A DNA stretch of 38,771 nucleotides. Source: Octopus bimaculoides. Lineage: Eukaryota. The notes beneath the pieces are model-generated. The model made no database searches and was not told the origin of the DNA. It saw only the letters and a list, made by a program, of their open reading frames with translations. Positions 37,653-38,771 of this stretch are shown here, piece after piece. How positions within the stretch are numbered: the first letter of the stretch is position 1; each line of letters starts with the position of its first letter. The stretch spans positions 151,072,263 through 151,111,033 of the forward strand of contig NC_068983.1 of assembly GCF_001194135.2 (NCBI RefSeq), written 5' to 3'. A program made the translations under genes and the position numbers.

Positions 37653-37680
37653 CTAGCGGGACCCGTGAATATTTCACGGA
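37653..37680 (-). mobile_element. Helitron 3' terminus
   Basis: Minus strand: CCGTGAA-ATA-TTCACGG hairpin, short spacer, then CTAG|T. Confidence 0.7.
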
Positions 37681-38488
37681 ATTAATGGTAGACCTTTTGA
37701 ACTATTTCTGAAAACATTATCCAAAAACCCTGAATGCGTAGCCTGTGTTGTGTCTGAATGGAAAGATAATCTCTCATCTGCTACTCATTGAAAAGTGAAA
37801 GGAATTGGAATACGATAATTTCTTAATGCACTTTATATATACACACTTTAAATACCTATACACAATTTTATAGACTTAATACACAACACTCACAAAATAA
37901 ATATTCACTCTTATTCTTCCATTTTGCTCATAAACAAACAAAAAATATCCCGTACATATGATACAACTTTTAGTTAAATTGCATATATCTGCCTCGTAAA
38001 TAAGCTTGAATATTTTACGGAATTGTACTTAGGCGCATGCGTTAAGTGATAGGCGGTATAAAAAAAAACTTAGTTCATTTAAAATAATACACTTTTCATT
38101 ATCCAATCACCATCATCAAAGAATATTTTCAAAGTTTATAAATTTAAGTTTCTTGTCAGCATCAAATATAGATTAATTTAATAACTCTTTGAAAAAGCGA
38201 GATAGGTAAGTCAGAAAAAATATTCTACTTTCTATTAATTTTAATATCGAACACGACATTACACTGACGGTGTGGATTAATAAGTTTATCAGTTATCTCG
38301 TGGCTAACTAACAAAAATAATATTCCCTTTTGTAAATTGGTGCAGTTCTATGGAATATTGTTCTATAACTAAACCTGAATTGAAAATTTAATCAAATTAC
38401 TTATACGGGCATTAATATTACCATACGTGATAGGAAATATTTTCTACTTCACAATGCTTCTTGAATGAATAAGAACAATGTTCAGAAA

Positions 38489-38660
38489 TTATGTAGCCAC
38501 TGGATCGTACGACAGAATCGAATTGTCTGAATTGAGTGGACAGTACATCACAGACTCACTACGGAAGTGATTCCCTGGTGGAAATAATTCCGTCCTGGAA
38601 GTACGGCCTCTACCGAGATTATGGACAATATATGGTGCGAAACGTGTGGTTGTAAAATCG
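38489..38660 (-). CDS. Possible terminal coding exon of an unidentified gene
   Basis: Pyrimidine-rich acceptor CTCTTTCATTTTGACCAG, then a 56-codon open frame to TAA, in non-repetitive sequence. No protein family recognised. Confidence 0.2.
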
Positions 38661-38771
38661 CTGGTCAAAATGAAAGAGTTCATCAACATGTTCAAAGGTT
38701 TAAATAGCAATATCGTAGTATATGCGAATCTAAGTAGAATCTAAGCATATATATATATATATATATATATA

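Overview
Repeat-dense, AT-rich eukaryotic DNA with many N gaps and no confidently identifiable host protein-coding gene. The repeat content looks like an Octopus (cephalopod) genome; this is an inference from the repeat families, not from a gene. The window holds many (TA)n/(CA)n/(GA)n microsatellites and about 25 copies of three tRNA-derived SINE families. It also has a near-complete but dead Tc1 (DD34E) transposon with TIRs, a decayed mariner (DD34D), a maT (DD37D) fragment, two hAT-Charlie MITEs, Helitron-like ends, an RTE-type 3' end and two CR1-group LINE 3' portions lying tail-to-tail. Most ORF-track entries are microsatellite or gap artefacts. The strongest unexplained signals are three: (1) a type I hammerhead-ribozyme-like motif with a non-canonical core at 13217-13300 (-); (2) a perfect 37-bp inverted repeat (11779-11815 / 13626-13662) that brackets it; (3) a 3' tail with a covarying stem-loop shared between the CR1-group LINE and the commonest SINE. 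All alignments were done by eye, and family names rest on recalled motifs rather than database searches.
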